Positions 24,749-26,717 of a stretch of 26,717 bases of DNA are shown one piece after another. The first letter of the stretch is position 1. Each line of letters starts with the position of its first letter. Source of the DNA: Chthoniobacteraceae bacterium (GTDB lineage: Bacteria > Verrucomicrobiota > Verrucomicrobiia > Chthoniobacterales > Chthoniobacteraceae); assembly GCA_031409655.1 (NCBI GenBank), contig JANNXQ010000108.1, positions 1-26,717 on the forward strand, read 5' to 3'. Position numbers and translations under genes: made by a program. The notes below the pieces were generated by a model that was not told the origin of the DNA, did not search any database, and saw only the letters and a program-made list of their open reading frames with translations.

Positions 24749-24861
24749 GGTGGATGGCGCGCTCCGCCGCGCCCAGGCACAATTCGCGCGTCAGCGCCTT
24801 TCTCAAATTGCCTGGCCTTCGGCATCGGCTCACCATGGCGCGACGGAGCGCGCCATCCACC
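24749..24861. repeat. REP doublet, family E (GGTGGA...TCCACC ends)
   Basis: GGTGGATGGCGCGCTCCGCCGCGCC (24749-24773) versus the reverse complement of 24837-24861, 24/25 match. Confidence 0.88.
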
Positions 24862-25078
24862 AGGGCTGCGTGTGCAGCGCGGGATCGGCAAGACGGCGGT
24901 CGGACACTTCGCTTCGAAGCGGGAAGCAAGCGGCTCGGGCCTTGGCCAGAATGGGAGCGAACGTGAGGGGAGACGAGGCTGCTCCGAGTCCCAGCGGGGT
25001 TTTTGGTTGAATCGAAACCTTCTGTCCGCCATCAAGACCGCGTGTTGACCACAAAAAGGGAAATAAATCAGGGAAAGC

Positions 25079-25954
25079 GTGGACTTCGAAATCACCCACC
25101 TCACGCACTATAAGTACGGCCACCCGGCCGCGGAGGCTTATGGGGAGGCTCGACTCACCCCACCCACCCTGCCCCAGCAGACGGTGCTCAGCCACCGGCT
25201 GGCGCTCGATCCCGAGGTGAAGACTTCGACCTACACCGATCACTTCGGCAATCAGGTCGATTTCTTTTCCCTCCCCTTCCGCCATCGCCAGCTCACGCTG
25301 CGCAATGAGATCGTGGTCCGCACCGAGGCGGTCCGGCGGCCGCAGGAGAGCCTCGATCTTCCGGTGCAAGACGCGCGGCAGATCCTCAATTCCGCGCTCC
25401 CGGATATCTTCGATTACCTGCAACCTTCCGACGTCGTCGAGACCGGTCGGGAGTCGGCGCAGTGGGCGAAGCGATTCTTCGCCGCGGGCGCGCCGCTCGG
25501 GGAAGCGCTGGTGCAGTTGAACGAGGCCATCCACACCGAATTCACTTACGAACCGGGCACGACGGAAAATAGCACGTCGCTCGCGACGGTCTGGAAAACG
25601 CGCACGGGCGTCTGCCAGGACTTTGCCCACATCGGCCTCAGTGTGCTGCGCACGGCGGGCATCCCGGCGCGCTACGTCTGCGGTTACATCGAGACGGATG
25701 CCGCGGCCGGCGGCGGCCGCCTCACCGGGGCCGTGGCGACGCACGCGTGGATCGATGTGCTGGTGCCCGGCATGACCTGGGTGGCGCTCGATCCCACAAA
25801 TCGCCAATGGGTCAATGAGCGTTACGTGGCCGTGAGCTTCGGCCGCGACTATCGCGATGCGGCGCCGCTGCGGGGCACTTTCAAAGGCAGCGGCGGTCAG
25901 AAAATGAGCATCCAAGTCCACATGAAACGTCGCAGAGAAAAGGCCCGCGTATGA
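25079..25954 (+). CDS. Transglutaminase family protein (bacterial N-terminal domain plus core)
   Basis: FEITHLTHYKY..ARLTP..YTDHFGNQV; catalytic triad motifs GVCQDFAH, ATHAW and DPTN; GRDYRDAAPLRG. Confidence 0.92.
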   Translation: MDFEITHLTHYKYGHPAAEAYGEARLTPPTLPQQTVLSHRLALDPEVKTSTYTDHFGNQVDFFSLPFRHRQLTLRNEIVVRTEAVRRPQESLDLPVQDARQILNSALPDIFDYLQPSDVVETGRESAQWAKRFFAAGAPLGEALVQLNEAIHTEFTYEPGTTENSTSLATVWKTRTGVCQDFAHIGLSVLRTAGIPARYVCGYIETDAAAGGGRLTGAVATHAWIDVLVPGMTWVALDPTNRQWVNERYVAVSFGRDYRDAAPLRGTFKGSGGQKMSIQVHMKRRREKARV

Positions 25955-26717
25955 AGGTCGAAATCCGCTACGACAGCACCTACACCTATGCGCGGAAGGT
26001 TTCCTTTTCGCCGCACATCTTCCGGCTGGTGCCAAAGGTGGACCAGCACCTCAAGGTCCGGCGTTTTGACTTTGGGACGAATCGCGGCGGCGTGGTGAAC
26101 TGGCGGCGCGACCTCTTTGACAACGAGACGGCCTCCTGCTTTTACCCGGCCTCCTCCAAGACCATGACCGCGCGGCTGCGGCTCGTCCTGGAGATCTCGA
26201 CGAAGAATGCTTTCGGCTTCCTGCTCGAACCCAGCGCGCTGCACGTCCCCTTTGCCTATCGCCCGCACGAGATCCGCGTGCTCAGCCCGTATCTCACGCC
26301 GACTGATGCCCCGCCCGCGCTCGGCTTCTGGCGCCCGCCGATCACCCAGCAGCCGACGATCGACACCCTCGTGGAGCTGAATGCCGCCCTGCACACAAAC
26401 ATCGCCTACGAACGGCGCGAAGAAGGGGCCGCGCGTTCCTCTGCCGAGACGCTCAAACTGCGCAGCGGATCGTGCCGGGACTTCGCCGTGCTGCTCGTGG
26501 ATGTGCTCCGCGGCCTCGGTATCGCGGCGCGCCATGCGAGCGGTTATCTGTGTGAATTTGGCGAGGGTGAAAAGCGCGCCGAAGGTTCCCTGCACGCGTG
26601 GGTCGAAGCCTTTCTCCCCGGCGCTGGCTGGGTCGGCATGGACCCGACGAACGGCACCTTCTGCGATCACCATCACCTCACCGCCGCCGTCGGCCTGACC
26701 CCGGCGGACATCGCGCC
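25951..26717 (+). CDS. Second transglutaminase family protein, partial, running off the right edge
   Basis: ATG overlaps the previous stop (ATGA). My translation MKVEIRYDSTYTY..PHIFRLVP..DLFDN..YERREEG..GSCRDFAVLL..ASGYL..SLHAWVEAFLPGAGWVGMDPTNG is open to the window end. Absent from the ORF track because it has no stop. Confidence 0.9.
   Translation, partial: MKVEIRYDSTYTYARKVSFSPHIFRLVPKVDQHLKVRRFDFGTNRGGVVNWRRDLFDNETASCFYPASSKTMTARLRLVLEISTKNAFGFLLEPSALHVPFAYRPHEIRVLSPYLTPTDAPPALGFWRPPITQQPTIDTLVELNAALHTNIAYERREEGAARSSAETLKLRSGSCRDFAVLLVDVLRGLGIAARHASGYLCEFGEGEKRAEGSLHAWVEAFLPGAGWVGMDPTNGTFCDHHHLTAAVGLTPADIA

Overview
High-GC bacterial window. Gene content (PEP-CTERM protein, DUF1080 pair, DUF4159/DUF4175-like genes) and apparently leaderless promoters suggest the PVC group, probably Verrucomicrobia; this is an inference. 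The left ~6.6 kb is accessory. It holds an FAD oxidoreductase, a decayed ISL3 transposase and a secreted esterase. These are followed by a REP-associated tyrosine transposase (RAYT) sitting inside its own REP-doublet arms, next to two near-identical 122-bp REP doublets that bracket a small orphan gene with two C2H2-zinc-finger-like repeats. A 21-bp tandem array, a winged-helix-like gene and a three-layer nested inverted-repeat element complete this part. The remainder contains a conserved secreted hypothetical protein, a DUF4394 PEP-CTERM protein, YqhA, a BNR/sialidase-family protein, a DUF4175-like/DUF4159/tetraheme cytochrome c operon, an alkaline-phosphatase homologue lacking its catalytic residues, an OppD-like ATPase, RNase R, two tandem DUF1080 genes, a decayed DUF433/DUF5615 toxin-antitoxin pair and two transglutaminase-family genes. 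At least seven sequence-distinct families of palindromic mini-elements occur in intergenic spaces, and some lie inside reading frames. No CRISPR array, tRNA or rRNA was recognised. All family assignments come from motif recognition by eye, not database searches.
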